From Spartobacteria bacterium (GTDB lineage: Bacteria; Verrucomicrobiota; Kiritimatiellia; RZYC01), in the NCBI GenBank assembly GCA_009930475.1, contig RZYC01000001.1, positions 17,062-81,061 of the forward strand: a DNA stretch of 64,000 bases, read 5' to 3'. Numbering within the stretch: the stretch's first letter is position 1; each line of letters opens with the position of its first letter. The notes beneath the pieces were generated by a model that saw nothing but the letters and a program-made list of their open reading frames with translations, had not been told where the DNA came from and searched no databases. Below are positions 49,946 to 60,472 of the stretch, in pieces. The position numbers and the translations under genes were made by a program.

Positions 49946-51430
49946 TTAAGCAGACGCCTTAATAATGGCTTCTTTCGTGATCGAACCACGGGACAGCGTG
50001 GTGATCAGTTTTCCGCGGTTCAGGACAATCAGCCGATCCGACAGTGCAATCAATTCTTCCAGTTCCGACGAGGCGATAATAAAGGTATATCCCGCATTAC
50101 TCATGCGCAGAATCACATCGCAAATTTCTTGTTTCGCACCCACGTCAATACCGCGTGTCGGCTCATTCATCAAAAAAAGTCGCGGTTCCAGCAAAATCCA
50201 GCGAGCCAGCAAGACCTTTTGCTGATTGCCGCCGCTGAGGGAATCTATTGATGCATGCGGGCTGTCGGCCTTAATATTAATTTGCCTGGTATATTTAGCG
50301 ACCAAATCCATCAGTTGACCGGTTTTCTGCAGTCCATGGGATATCCATCGTGTTAAACCGGCAATACCAACATTATATTTCAAATCCTGCCCATAAAAAA
50401 GTCCCTGCGTCTTACGATCCTCTGGGAGATATCCCAGTCCGGCAGCCATCGCATCCTGCGGCGAAGTAATCTGCAGAGGTTTTCCGGCCAGCTTGATGGA
50501 GCCCCCCGGCGTGCCGCCGATTCCAAACAGCGACTCCACCAACTCAACACGTCCAGAACCAGCCAGGCCAGCCACACCAAGAATCTCCCCTTTGTACACG
50601 GTCAAGTTTAACGGTTCATACCCGGTTCGGGCCGTATAATCGGTTAACTCAAGCAGCGGCTGTTCCCTATGAATATTGCGATCAGAAATCTGGCCCGCAA
50701 GTGTTCGCCCGGCGATAAGCGCCGCCAGATCATCGCGCGTATATTCCCCTCTGTATCGTTCACCCACAAGATCCCCGTCGCGCAACACCACGACGTGGTC
50801 GCACAAATCCAGCATTTCCTCCATCATATGGCTGATAAAAATGAAAGAAATACCCTTTTTCTGAAGGTTGCGAATGATCGTAAACATCTTTTTCACTTCG
50901 CCCGGCGTCAACGCGGTAGTCGGTTCATCCAGGACAATCAGACGTGCATCACGTGACAATGCTCGCACCAGCAAGGTCATCTGGCGTTCGGCAATGGTAC
51001 AGTCGGCCATACGGGCTGTCGGGTCGATAGACTCATTCAGTAAATCCCGAAAGAGTCGAATGGTTTCCGCATTCATCCACTTCCAGTCCGGCGATCCGTG
51101 ACGGGAAGGCATTTTGCTCGATAAAAACAAATTGGCGGCCACAGTCATATTTTCACAGATCGGAATTTCCTGATGAAAAACACTGAGGCCGGCCCGTTCC
51201 GATTCCTGAGGGTCAGCCGGTTCAAACGGCTGACCCTGCAGGTACGTACGTCCAGTATCGCGAGCGTGAATACCACAGAGAATCTTAACCAGCGTTGATT
51301 TGCCTGATCCATTTTCGCCAGCCAGCCCCAGAATTTCGCCGGGAGCCATGCTGAACGAAACGCCCTTCAGCGCCCGGGTTGCCCCAAAGCTTTTGGACAG
51401 ATTCTCAATGCATAATATGGTTTCTTCCAC
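49946..51430 (-). CDS. Sugar ABC transporter ATP-binding protein (two fused NBDs), operon 2
   Basis: It has Walker A GENGSGKST and a second NBD (…LSGGNQQKVLLARWI…). The product is 494 aa, with a GTG start after a GGAGGA RBS. Confidence 0.85.
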   Translation of the reverse strand: MEETILCIENLSKSFGATRALKGVSFSMAPGEILGLAGENGSGKSTLVKILCGIHARDTGRTYLQGQPFEPADPQESERAGLSVFHQEIPICENMTVAANLFLSSKMPSRHGSPDWKWMNAETIRLFRDLLNESIDPTARMADCTIAERQMTLLVRALSRDARLIVLDEPTTALTPGEVKKMFTIIRNLQKKGISFIFISHMMEEMLDLCDHVVVLRDGDLVGERYRGEYTRDDLAALIAGRTLAGQISDRNIHREQPLLELTDYTARTGYEPLNLTVYKGEILGVAGLAGSGRVELVESLFGIGGTPGGSIKLAGKPLQITSPQDAMAAGLGYLPEDRKTQGLFYGQDLKYNVGIAGLTRWISHGLQKTGQLMDLVAKYTRQINIKADSPHASIDSLSGGNQQKVLLARWILLEPRLFLMNEPTRGIDVGAKQEICDVILRMSNAGYTFIIASSELEELIALSDRLIVLNRGKLITTLSRGSITKEAIIKASA

Positions 51431-51444
51431 GCCCGTTCCTCCGA

Positions 51445-52437
51445 TTAACGGTATCCGTCTTTCGCCAGCTTAATGACATCAGTCACGTCGCCTTTGGTAA
51501 TAATGGCGGTACCGGTATCCATGCTTGAAGGAACCAGTTTATACTTAATATTATTATATAACTGCATGACCGTATAAAAACCCTGCATGTAGGGCTGCTG
51601 ATCAATAGTAAATGTAAAGTCACCATCATTAATGCCCTCAAGCAATTCAGGAACGAGGTCAAATCCGCCGGAAACAACCTTATCGCCAATCTCCTCGCGC
51701 CGCACAACCTGCATGATGGCAATCCCGCTGATTTCATCCACACCCACCATGGCTTTCACGTCTTTATTTGCCTGGTACCAAGAAGAGACCAGCGACGTTG
51801 CCTGAACCAGATCCTTGGTTGTAGCCACGACTTTCACATCGTATCCGCCCGCATCAGCCAGAGCCGCCTTGATTCCGTCCATGCGCTCGATCAAATTGGC
51901 TGCACCCAGTGAATGGATACCGATAAGCACTTTGCCGCCTTTCACCATGCTGACCACCTTTTTACCTACTTCGTATCCAGCACCGTAATTACTCTGGCCA
52001 ATATAGCAGAGACGACCGGTATTAGGCGCATCGGCATTCAGTGCAATCACAGGAATGCCGCGACTCATGGCCTCCTTGGTCACGTCATTAAACGCTTCTG
52101 CATCCGGCATCGTTGTTCCGAGTCCATCGATCCCCGAGGCAATGGCCCCTTCAATCAGTTCAACCTGTTTAGCGATACTAAAATCCGTCGGCCCGACTAC
52201 ATTCACATCAATGTTCAAGAGTTTTGCCGCATCTTCAATCCCGTTTTGAACGGGAACCCATGCCGGCACATTGGAATAGTGCGATGCAATTGTAAGACGA
52301 ATAACGTCCCCGTTTTCATTCAGATTGGCTCCATCTTTATCTTTCTTTTTTCCAAAGCCGAAACCGGATCCCAAAGTAAAGGCCAGACCGCAAATCAATG
52401 TTGCGCTCATCAGCTTTATCAGACTGTTCTTATTCAT
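51445..52437 (-). CDS. Sugar ABC transporter periplasmic substrate-binding protein, operon 2
   Basis: A signal or lipoprotein-like N-terminus (MNKNSLIKLMSATLICGLAF) is followed by a type I periplasmic binding fold. An AAGGAG RBS precedes the start. Confidence 0.75.
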   Translation of the reverse strand: MNKNSLIKLMSATLICGLAFTLGSGFGFGKKKDKDGANLNENGDVIRLTIASHYSNVPAWVPVQNGIEDAAKLLNIDVNVVGPTDFSIAKQVELIEGAIASGIDGLGTTMPDAEAFNDVTKEAMSRGIPVIALNADAPNTGRLCYIGQSNYGAGYEVGKKVVSMVKGGKVLIGIHSLGAANLIERMDGIKAALADAGGYDVKVVATTKDLVQATSLVSSWYQANKDVKAMVGVDEISGIAIMQVVRREEIGDKVVSGGFDLVPELLEGINDGDFTFTIDQQPYMQGFYTVMQLYNNIKYKLVPSSMDTGTAIITKGDVTDVIKLAKDGYR

Positions 52438-52497
52438 CACGTACTCCTTGTTCTAGTTATTAAACCGTACTGGTATAACTCCATTCTTCGAATTAAG

Positions 52498-52525
52498 ATT
52501 TATATTAACGGTAACACATTGTCAA
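52498..52525 (-). promoter_or_regulatory. Candidate sigma-70 promoter for sugar ABC operon 2
   Basis: On the minus strand the sequence reads TTGACA, a 16-nt spacer, then ATAAAT, about 60 nt upstream of the substrate-binding-protein start. Confidence 0.3.
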
Positions 52526-52707
52526 TTCATAATTAACGAGAACCAAAAGGCCGGGAATACCCGTTTTCATCCCGATTAAACCCTGCATTTAATGCTTTTA
52601 TCGGTGTATCATGACGGGGTCGTATTCCGTTGACTTTTTGTCTTGGAATTTTCTTTGTAGTCAAAGACACCGCTATGATAGTATAAGTCTGTTTTTTTGA
52701 GCAATCT

Positions 52708-54738
52708 ATGGACTTCGATCAAAACACCAGCCCCCTGCGCGAGACACACGAAGATGCCGGCACCACACGGAGCCTGCGTGCGGGTGCGTCGTCGCCTAAT
52801 GTCGCCACGAAAGCACTGTCGTCCTTTCTCTCATGGCTAGGTTACGGCAAAGAAGAACAGAGTCCGCATGAGACCACGCCAGAAAACAGTTCCTCGCCAT
52901 CACTCGCCGAAAAATCTGCGCAGCCGCTCATTCTGCGGCAGATATCCGCCGATGAACTCAAAGACGAAATGTCTCCGGAAAAAGAAGAAGATTTCACTGA
53001 CACCATGTCAGACATCATGCGGCAGCAGCGCGAAGAGCAGGATTTAATCGAACGCTGGCGAGACAGCTATCTACTTCATCAAACCCAGCGGGATCAGCGC
53101 AAGACGCGTTTTGCAGAAGTCACAGAAAGAAAACGCGAAGCCTTCGCGCACATGCTGGCGGCCTGTCGTGTGAACAACGAAAAAGAGCTGCTGCAGGAAT
53201 ATCCGCCCATGGATGGACGTCCCAAACCGGAACCAAAAAGTTCCACTGAAACGCCGGCCACGCCCTTGCCGCCGCCGCGTCAGACAACCCACGATCTGGC
53301 CGCTGCCTATAAATCCGGCGAATACAGCAATCCCTCCCCTGAACTGCTCAACGCTCATGAGAGCGGCGGACAATTCATGGTGTCGCAGGACGTTCTGGAG
53401 GAACAGAAGATCATGCTTCAGGAAACACTGGACAATTTCACGGTGGATGCACAGGTATGGGATGCGCTGGTGGGTCCTCGCGTCACCCAGCTACGCATTC
53501 GTCCGGGACGTGGCGTCCGTGTGGAAGCCATCAGTGCCCTGCAAAACGATATTGCGCTGTCCCTTTCGGCGAAAAGTCTGCGCATCCAGGCACCGATTCC
53601 CGGCGAGCCCTTTGTGGGCATTGAAGTGCCCAACGGCAATGAAACGCCTCTCTATTTACGACACATGCTCGAATCACCTGCCTGGCTCGAAAGCCGCGCC
53701 AAGATCCCATTGATTCTCGGCATGGATATCACCGGAGAAACCGTGGTCACCGATTTAGCCGCCGCCCCGCACATGCTGATTGCCGGAGCGACAGGCAGCG
53801 GTAAATCCGTCTGCATGAATGCATTAATCATGTGTTTACTGCAAAAATTCAATCCCGACGAATTACGCATGGTGCTCGTGGATCCGAAACGCGTCGAATT
53901 CAGTGTTTATTCCACGATTCCGCATTTAGTAACCCCGGTGGTCACCGACCCGAAAAAAGTCGTATCTGTTCTGGCGTGGGTCGTACGGGAGATGGAACAG
54001 CGTTACGAACTGCTTTCCCATCACGGCGCACGCAACATTGCCGCGTTTAATGCAGCGGCAGAACATAGAGGCGTGGATAAGCTGCCCTATCTCGTCGTCA
54101 TCATCGACGAACTGGCCGACCTCATGATGACCGCGCGCGGCGATGTCGAAACCGCACTGGCGCGACTGGCCCAATTGTCCCGGGCGGTGGGTATTCACAC
54201 CATTATCGCAACACAGCGTCCCAGTGTAAATGTCATCACGGGCATCATCAAAGCGAATTATCCCACCCGCATCGCGTTTCAGGTCACCTCGCAAATCGAT
54301 TCGCGCACCATTCTCGACGGAAAAGGAGCCGAACAATTACGGGGCCAGGGCGACATGCTGTTCAGCCCGCCGGGCATCGGACGCCTGATGCGCATTCAGG
54401 GACCGCTCATTTCTGACAATGAAATTGAACGGGTGGTCGACTACATGAGCGACCAGTGCGACCAGACCTTTATCGACAGTACCTGTGTGACTGAATCCAT
54501 TTTAGGCAACGGAAGTGTCAGTAATGGAGAAGAAGCCGATGACGAGCTGCTCGGCAAAGCGATCGAGATTATCATGCGCGACCGACGAGCCAGCACCAGT
54601 TATTTACAGCGCTGCCTGCGCGTCGGGTATAACCGCGCGGCCAATCTCATTGAAGTAATGGAAGCCCGGGGCATCGTCGGCCCGCAAGTCGGCAGTGCCC
54701 CGCGAGAAATCCTTCTCATGTCGGAGGATTCGGAATAA
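52708..54738 (+). CDS. ftsK: DNA translocase FtsK/SpoIIIE family (no N-terminal TM domain in this ORF)
   Basis: The motor domain has Walker A (LIAGATGSGKSV) and Walker B (LVVIIDELADLMM) motifs. A C-terminal gamma (winged-helix, KOPS-binding) domain is present (…TSYLQRCLRVGYNRAANLIEVMEARGIV…). Confidence 0.85.
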   Translation: MDFDQNTSPLRETHEDAGTTRSLRAGASSPNVATKALSSFLSWLGYGKEEQSPHETTPENSSSPSLAEKSAQPLILRQISADELKDEMSPEKEEDFTDTMSDIMRQQREEQDLIERWRDSYLLHQTQRDQRKTRFAEVTERKREAFAHMLAACRVNNEKELLQEYPPMDGRPKPEPKSSTETPATPLPPPRQTTHDLAAAYKSGEYSNPSPELLNAHESGGQFMVSQDVLEEQKIMLQETLDNFTVDAQVWDALVGPRVTQLRIRPGRGVRVEAISALQNDIALSLSAKSLRIQAPIPGEPFVGIEVPNGNETPLYLRHMLESPAWLESRAKIPLILGMDITGETVVTDLAAAPHMLIAGATGSGKSVCMNALIMCLLQKFNPDELRMVLVDPKRVEFSVYSTIPHLVTPVVTDPKKVVSVLAWVVREMEQRYELLSHHGARNIAAFNAAAEHRGVDKLPYLVVIIDELADLMMTARGDVETALARLAQLSRAVGIHTIIATQRPSVNVITGIIKANYPTRIAFQVTSQIDSRTILDGKGAEQLRGQGDMLFSPPGIGRLMRIQGPLISDNEIERVVDYMSDQCDQTFIDSTCVTESILGNGSVSNGEEADDELLGKAIEIIMRDRRASTSYLQRCLRVGYNRAANLIEVMEARGIVGPQVGSAPREILLMSEDSE

Positions 54739-54741
54739 TTT

Positions 54742-56187
54742 ATGGCCGTATTACTTACAACCGATGAACTTCTTGCGGAAATCCGTGAAAAAGGCATAGC
54801 GAAAACCGTTTCGTCGTATCGCAGAGAACCGCTTTCAAGTCGTACACTGCAGGATCTTTTTGAAACAGAAGACGTACCCGAGGCCCGTCTGTTTCTCGCC
54901 AGTTATCCCAATGTTCCCAGTTTGATTTTAGACCAAATTATTGCCGCAGGATCGCTGGACGAAGAACTGCTGACCGCCCTGGCCATTAATCCCAGAACAG
55001 CCAACACCTATCTCATCCAGCTGACACAGCACCCATCGGTTTCAGTACGGCTGTCACTGGCGGGAAACGACCAGCTGGGCAGCAAGGAAATCAGCCTGCT
55101 CATGCAGGATCCGGCACCGGAAGTCCGCGTGGCACTGGTACGGAATCGGGCACTGTCGGTCATGAATCATCTCCCGTTGCTGGCGGCCGATCCTGAACCC
55201 ATGGTGCGCATGGCGGCGGCACAGCATCCCAAACTTCCGGAAGAAGCGTTGTTTGAACTGTTAAACGACCCCAATCCACTGGTTGTCGCCCACACCGTGA
55301 TGTTTGCCAAAATCCCGGAAAAAATGATCGTCTATCTGGCCGATTCCGATAATCAGATCATTCAATCCCTGCTGCTCCAGCATAAGAATATCACCGAGCC
55401 GGTGTATCGGTCACTGACCCTCAGCGGGCATGCGCCGATACGCGCCGCAGCCAGTCGATTAAACGGGCTGGAACCCTCGGATCAATTTGCGTGGGCCTCG
55501 TCCGATTGTGAAGAAGACCGTCTGGCACTGCTTGACTTCCCCGAGCTGCATCCTCTGGTACAGAAAAAACTGGCAGCCGATGCCTCTGTCGATGTGCGCT
55601 GCAAGCTGGCGTCCTATCCGGATATTGATTTAGAGACCGTATTGCTTTTTGCTTTTTCCAACGATGTCCCGTCCTGCCGCAGACTGGCAATGAATCCCAA
55701 CATCCCGGAAGAAGCCTTGACGGAGCTGTGCCATAACGAACACACAGAAGTACTGAAAGTGCTCGCTTATCGCGATGATCTGACACTGAATCATCTCGAT
55801 TTACTGGTGAATCTTTCCCGCAACATCAGTGTCATCCAGCATTTGGCCTGGCGGAAAATATGGATGCCGTCCACCGATGCGGATCTGGTGGAAGAACTGA
55901 GCCATTATGCGTCACCGACACTGCGGGCGTTTGCCGCCGCGTCGCAACATATGACGAACCAGTTATTCCGACAGTTCATGCTCGATCCCTCGGCGCAGGT
56001 GCGCTTATGGACAGCACTGAATCCCCTGCTGCCTGCGGCCTGTATTCAGGTCATGCGGGACGATCCGGATAAATTGGTTGCCCGCGTTATTGCAGAGCGG
56101 GCCCCCGGTTCAACGCGGCAAAAACAAACGGACGCCCCCCGAACTCAATCACATTTTGTAAACAAAAATTCCTGGTTAACTCTATAA
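54742..56187 (+). CDS. Hypothetical repeat protein (leucine-rich-variant / HEAT-like alpha-helical repeats)
   Basis: The 481-aa product has recurring motifs of roughly 23-30 aa (…NP…VR.ALA.N…L..L..D). No enzymatic motifs were found. Confidence 0.4.
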   Translation: MAVLLTTDELLAEIREKGIAKTVSSYRREPLSSRTLQDLFETEDVPEARLFLASYPNVPSLILDQIIAAGSLDEELLTALAINPRTANTYLIQLTQHPSVSVRLSLAGNDQLGSKEISLLMQDPAPEVRVALVRNRALSVMNHLPLLAADPEPMVRMAAAQHPKLPEEALFELLNDPNPLVVAHTVMFAKIPEKMIVYLADSDNQIIQSLLLQHKNITEPVYRSLTLSGHAPIRAAASRLNGLEPSDQFAWASSDCEEDRLALLDFPELHPLVQKKLAADASVDVRCKLASYPDIDLETVLLFAFSNDVPSCRRLAMNPNIPEEALTELCHNEHTEVLKVLAYRDDLTLNHLDLLVNLSRNISVIQHLAWRKIWMPSTDADLVEELSHYASPTLRAFAAASQHMTNQLFRQFMLDPSAQVRLWTALNPLLPAACIQVMRDDPDKLVARVIAERAPGSTRQKQTDAPRTQSHFVNKNSWLTL

Positions 56188-56203
56188 CGAAAGGACAAAT
56201 CCA

Positions 56204-56551
56204 ATGGTAAGAAAACCTATCACACTCAGTTACATCGATATCATTCTCGGCGCCGATGCAGAAACCATCCGTCAAGCCTATGAGTCACGTGTAAAAATCG
56301 ACGAACTGCTCGACGAGCGCCGTCAGGCCTACGAACGCATTCACGAACTGGAAACACAGATCGAAGAAATCGTCGGAACACCGGGCACATTCATGTATCC
56401 CGCGCCGCCCATGGAAGTGGCCGGATATCCCAAACTGGAAGCCGCCTCTTTCCCCGTTCCGACGCCGCCTAAACGTCCCGCAAAACCGGCTGCACCCAAA
56501 CCCGAACCGAAACCGGTCAGCGATACAGTCAAAAATATGCCCTCTGAATAA
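56204..56551 (+). CDS. Hypothetical protein with a Pro/Lys-rich C-terminus
   Basis: The ATG has an AAAGGA RBS. The product is 115 aa with a coiled-coil N-terminal half. Confidence 0.4.
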   Translation: MVRKPITLSYIDIILGADAETIRQAYESRVKIDELLDERRQAYERIHELETQIEEIVGTPGTFMYPAPPMEVAGYPKLEAASFPVPTPPKRPAKPAAPKPEPKPVSDTVKNMPSE

Positions 56552-56591
56552 CTGAGCGGGCACACCACCAACAGCGCTTCCCCTGCACCAC

Positions 56592-57044
56592 ATGAATAAT
56601 ATCGAGCAAACCATCGCAATCAATGAACGGCTGATCAGCCGTGAAGAAGAGTTCATGCGTATTTATCGCATTGAGCGCGATATTGCCCGAATGATCGGTC
56701 AGGAATACCCCATCCCCGACCCGCCAGACGACCTGCCATCGCGAATGCGACCACAAAAAACGGCCAAAAAACCGGCGAAAACGGCGAAAAAAGAATCACA
56801 GAAAACGATCCGGCTGCGCTCCCTGCAATCTGATGAAACAGCCTATCGCCTCATCTATCGATACGACGGAGCGATTCGTGAAGAGATCCACCTCCACACC
56901 AAAACACTGCAAAACCTGCTCAACAATCAGGATGCATCGGGCTTACAGTTCATCCAGATAGACACGGTTTCACGCGCCACCGCGCCAACGGAATCCGATA
57001 TGGAAGAATGGGTCACCATGGAAACAATCTGGGTCAAAGAGTAG
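56592..57044 (+). CDS. Hypothetical protein
   Basis: The 150-aa ORF follows the previous gene. No family was recognised. Confidence 0.35.
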   Translation: MNNIEQTIAINERLISREEEFMRIYRIERDIARMIGQEYPIPDPPDDLPSRMRPQKTAKKPAKTAKKESQKTIRLRSLQSDETAYRLIYRYDGAIREEIHLHTKTLQNLLNNQDASGLQFIQIDTVSRATAPTESDMEEWVTMETIWVKE

Positions 57045-57094
57045 CGAACCGCGTCCTCCCCGCCCCGGCGACAGGAACCGGACTCTTCGGGGTG

Positions 57095-58300
57095 TTACAG
57101 GGGATCAATCACACGCCATTGTGTGAGCTCCACATAGTTTTTGGAAAAGCTGTCGAGAATACTGGTATCAATAAACACCTCTGACTGCGGCTGGAAACGG
57201 ACGGAATCCCCCCAGAACATACCTTTTTGCTCTCCTTGCGGCTGCAGGCGGATTTCCGCATAGGGCGCATATACAAAGGCACTAAAATCTGAGTCGGGCT
57301 GAATGCGTACCTCATCGGCCGTATCGCAGAAAAGAAGGAACGATCCGGGCCGTAAATCCGACAGGCTGACCGCTGACTGCGGCTGCATTCGAAAACTCCC
57401 GTGAAGCATTAAAACGACGGGATTATCCGGAGTCGCAATGACATGAACCTCCGATTGAGCACCCAGAGTAAAGTCCGTCAAGTAGTACACGCCACTGGTC
57501 AGATCCAGTGAATCATGCGGACCGGTATTCACCGTGTTGCCGACAATACCTGCCGCTGCATTATTGTTGTTCGTTGCATAATAGGTAAATAAATCAGCCA
57601 GTTCACCACCGACAGCACCCAGCGGATCGGGATCAATGCGGCCCACATAAGATGACGGATAACCTGATGGAGCAGCAAAAGAGTTGCCAAGCGTATCGGC
57701 ACCCATGATAAACCCTCCGTCCAATGTCACGTGATTCTGCATGGTGATAGGTCCGTTGGAACCAATCATCGCCTGCCCTGTTGAATCTGTTGAAACGGGA
57801 TTGGTTACCACACGTGAATCATAACTGTAAATATCCAGCTGTGGCTGAAGCGTGACAGCATCCCCGCCAAACACACCTATTCCACTAAAAACAGACGGCT
57901 GCTGGAAAGCCACTTCGATCACGCAGGAGGCATGATTATAATGCCCGGTGACAGTGAAGTAGAACTGACTGGTTTCTTCCACTCGTTCCAGTTTGCGCAC
58001 GGGGTCGAATTGATAAGGCGACGGCGTCGTAATCGTTATATCCAGGGAATGACTACCATTGAAATTTAGTGAACCGTCATCAAGCAGCCGGTTGATTTCG
58101 GAGATAGTATGGCGTACACCGGCCTCGGCGTCATAAAAGGCCAACTGCCGATGCCGAATATAGCCCGCACTGCGAAAATCGGCCACCGTGACCGCGACCA
58201 TCGACGTGGATATAAACGTCAGTAATGCAATAAACAACATGCAGCTGATCATGACAATCCCTGCCTTTTCCGGAACATGCTGTTTCATGATGGCTTTCAT
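57095..58300 (-). CDS. GspK/PilX-like minor pseudopilin
   Basis: A hydrophobic N-terminal helix is followed by …RHRQLAFYDAEAGV… (the PilX_N / GspK pattern RxxQAxxxAEAG). It is the last gene of the H-I-J-K-ordered pseudopilin cluster. Confidence 0.5.
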   Translation of the reverse strand: MKAIMKQHVPEKAGIVMISCMLFIALLTFISTSMVAVTVADFRSAGYIRHRQLAFYDAEAGVRHTISEINRLLDDGSLNFNGSHSLDITITTPSPYQFDPVRKLERVEETSQFYFTVTGHYNHASCVIEVAFQQPSVFSGIGVFGGDAVTLQPQLDIYSYDSRVVTNPVSTDSTGQAMIGSNGPITMQNHVTLDGGFIMGADTLGNSFAAPSGYPSSYVGRIDPDPLGAVGGELADLFTYYATNNNNAAAGIVGNTVNTGPHDSLDLTSGVYYLTDFTLGAQSEVHVIATPDNPVVLMLHGSFRMQPQSAVSLSDLRPGSFLLFCDTADEVRIQPDSDFSAFVYAPYAEIRLQPQGEQKGMFWGDSVRFQPQSEVFIDTSILDSFSKNYVELTQWRVIDPL

Positions 58301-58316
58301 AATAATCCTCTGGCAT

Positions 58317-59180
58317 TCAACTGTTGTTTCTCATGAATATCTCACTGGTCATATATTGCTTACGGTTCACATCGTTCGTGTGCTTCTGCCCGTAAATAAA
58401 ATCGACCTCTTTAGATTGAGCCCCCAGCGTCACGGCGATGCGTTCGCCGCTCTGCGAAATCTGTATGTCACATATATCGGTGGCCAACAAATGGCGCCAC
58501 CAATCCGACGTGGAATCTGCCTCATCGATGCGGCGCACATAATAATTGCTGTCATAATCACCATAAAAATTCTGCACCTCGTACGTATAGACTTTAACCA
58601 TTTCTATGGGCGAATTGGTTCCATGGTCGTACAGCAGCCCCTTACTGCTCACCGGGTCGGTACTGATGGTCAGCTGGTTGCCGTACATACTGATAATACG
58701 GGCCAGTTCGCAACGTCCGATAAAGACAACACTGCGTGATCCGGTATCGAATTTGCTGACAAGATTGGTCGGAACATACACCACCGCTGCGCCGCTGGTC
58801 GCTGCCGCATCCAGCATGCCGATGCGTTCGTACGCCGCAGCCACCGATATTTTGTCCGAGGCGCTCCCGTATCCGGGGGTGATCTGCGGATTTTGAGTGA
58901 GCGCAGTCGTCGTCCAGTTAATCCACTGAGGCAGTTCATTCGACGAAACACCAGTTAATCCATAATTGGCCATGGCCAGATCATGAATGAGGTAGTTCAT
59001 TGTGGTCCGCAGATTTGCATCCAGATTGCTTCGAATGCGCTGTGACTGCATGATTCTTTTGCACTGGAGAAACGTGGTCAGCACACTACCCATAATCAAG
59101 AGAGCCAGGGGCATAGATATCAGTAACTCGACCAGCGTAAAACCGCGTTTGCTTCGTATTTTTATAAGAGACGATTTCAT
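58317..59180 (-). CDS. Prepilin-type N-terminal cleavage/methylation domain protein (GspJ-like pseudopilin)
   Basis: The N-terminus …KRGFTLVELLISMPLALLIMGSV has the G/FTLVE prepilin peptidase motif. Confidence 0.6.
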   Translation of the reverse strand: MKSSLIKIRSKRGFTLVELLISMPLALLIMGSVLTTFLQCKRIMQSQRIRSNLDANLRTTMNYLIHDLAMANYGLTGVSSNELPQWINWTTTALTQNPQITPGYGSASDKISVAAAYERIGMLDAAATSGAAVVYVPTNLVSKFDTGSRSVVFIGRCELARIISMYGNQLTISTDPVSSKGLLYDHGTNSPIEMVKVYTYEVQNFYGDYDSNYYVRRIDEADSTSDWWRHLLATDICDIQISQSGERIAVTLGAQSKEVDFIYGQKHTNDVNRKQYMTSEIFMRNNS

Positions 59181-59208
59181 AGCGACCTGCGATGCATTTT
59201 CATTTTAG

Positions 59209-59724
59209 CTACTTGTCATTTCCTTTGCCATTATTAGTCTTGGTAGACGTAGCCGTGGGCTCAGGAGTTGCCGTTGCACCCGGAACCGCTGTTGCACCGG
59301 GTGTCGGCACGCTGCTCACAGCACTGGCAAATATGGTATCCAGTCCATTCCCTGCGTAGGTGGGGATCTCATTAAATATGATAGATGACAGTACCACTAC
59401 GTTGGTTCGCACGGCGGGGTACGTCCAGTTGATGGTTATGGCGACACGCTTTGCTTCATTGGACGTTTCGGAGACATCCCAGACGCGGGTGAACTGATTG
59501 ATACTGTCGCTTCCCGACGACACATTGGTGTAACTCAGCACGAGAAATTCTTCCATTTTTCGTTCAGCCAGCTCGATGGCCATATTGCTGTAGTACCCCT
59601 CGTAATTCGTCCGGGTAACCCAGCTAAGCAATCCCCAGATGCCGCCCATGGAAAGTCCCACAATAAAGGTGGAAACCACCACTTCAACTAATGAAAACCC
59701 GTGTTTTTTATACTTCTTTTTCAT
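59209..59724 (-). CDS. Prepilin-type N-terminal cleavage/methylation domain protein (GspI-like pseudopilin)
   Basis: It begins MKKKYKKHGFSLVEVVVSTFIVGLSM and has a Thr/Pro-rich C-terminal tail. Confidence 0.6.
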   Translation of the reverse strand: MKKKYKKHGFSLVEVVVSTFIVGLSMGGIWGLLSWVTRTNYEGYYSNMAIELAERKMEEFLVLSYTNVSSGSDSINQFTRVWDVSETSNEAKRVAITINWTYPAVRTNVVVLSSIIFNEIPTYAGNGLDTIFASAVSSVPTPGATAVPGATATPEPTATSTKTNNGKGNDK

Positions 59725-59750
59725 GACACACCAAGCTATGACGTTCCATG

Positions 59751-60284
59751 CTAGCCGTTATTATATTTGTAGGTAGACATTTGGCCCGAAGGCCACACCA
59801 TGACTGTATAACTGTTTTTTGCATTACCCGCCCGCAACCAGAACCACATGACGTTGTAGTAATCATCCCCCGACACAAAGGTGCCATCGGCATGGAATGC
59901 CACCGTATTTTGTGGCCAATAGCTGTATTCAACCTTGTTTAAGCCATCCACGGTGCGGGACAGGAGCTCATTATCCGTCTTCAGGTTATCATGATTCCTA
60001 TCCGCCCATATTTCGTAGGTGCTGTTGGTTGCATTCAGCGAAAGCTCCACACGGCAGGATTCCGCCATGGCCTGCGTGCGTGCACTGCGCATCAATGCAT
60101 TCAGCTGCCAGATGGTGTTGTTCAGGTGTATATCGGGGAGACGGGATACCAGCGACGGAATCGCCAGTGCCGACATAAGCCCCATAATGGAGATCACAAG
60201 CATCATTTCTATCAGCGTAAAAGCCGAACCCCCTCTAAAAGAGGATCCGTGCAGCGTATCAATCCCTCTACTACATATACTCAT
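59751..60284 (-). CDS. Prepilin-type N-terminal cleavage/methylation domain protein (GspH-like pseudopilin)
   Basis: The prepilin-like N-terminus is …GGSAFTLIEMMLVISIMGLMSALAIPS, in a 177-aa product. Confidence 0.6.
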   Translation of the reverse strand: MSICSRGIDTLHGSSFRGGSAFTLIEMMLVISIMGLMSALAIPSLVSRLPDIHLNNTIWQLNALMRSARTQAMAESCRVELSLNATNSTYEIWADRNHDNLKTDNELLSRTVDGLNKVEYSYWPQNTVAFHADGTFVSGDDYYNVMWFWLRAGNAKNSYTVMVWPSGQMSTYKYNNG

Positions 60285-60405
60285 ATCCGAACCTCTTAAA
60301 ACATGTCAAAGCAGGAGACCCTGTAAGAATATACTATGCGTTAGGCCACGGTTTTAATAGGGGTCAACGGTCTGATTGATCTATCAGACTTTGTCTGATA
60401 GTAGA

Positions 60406-60444
60406 CAAAAAAATCCCCCCCGGCGAAACGGAACACCGGGGGGA
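60406..60444 (-). terminator. Rho-independent terminator after the urea/branched-chain-type ABC operon
   Basis: A GC-rich hairpin CCCCCCCGGCGAAACGGAACACCGGGGGG (60415-60444) is followed on the minus strand by a U-run (A7 on the plus strand at 60407-60413), 28 nt after the ATPase stop. Confidence 0.5.
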
Positions 60445-60472
60445 GGGATCGGCAGCACAACACATACTGCTC

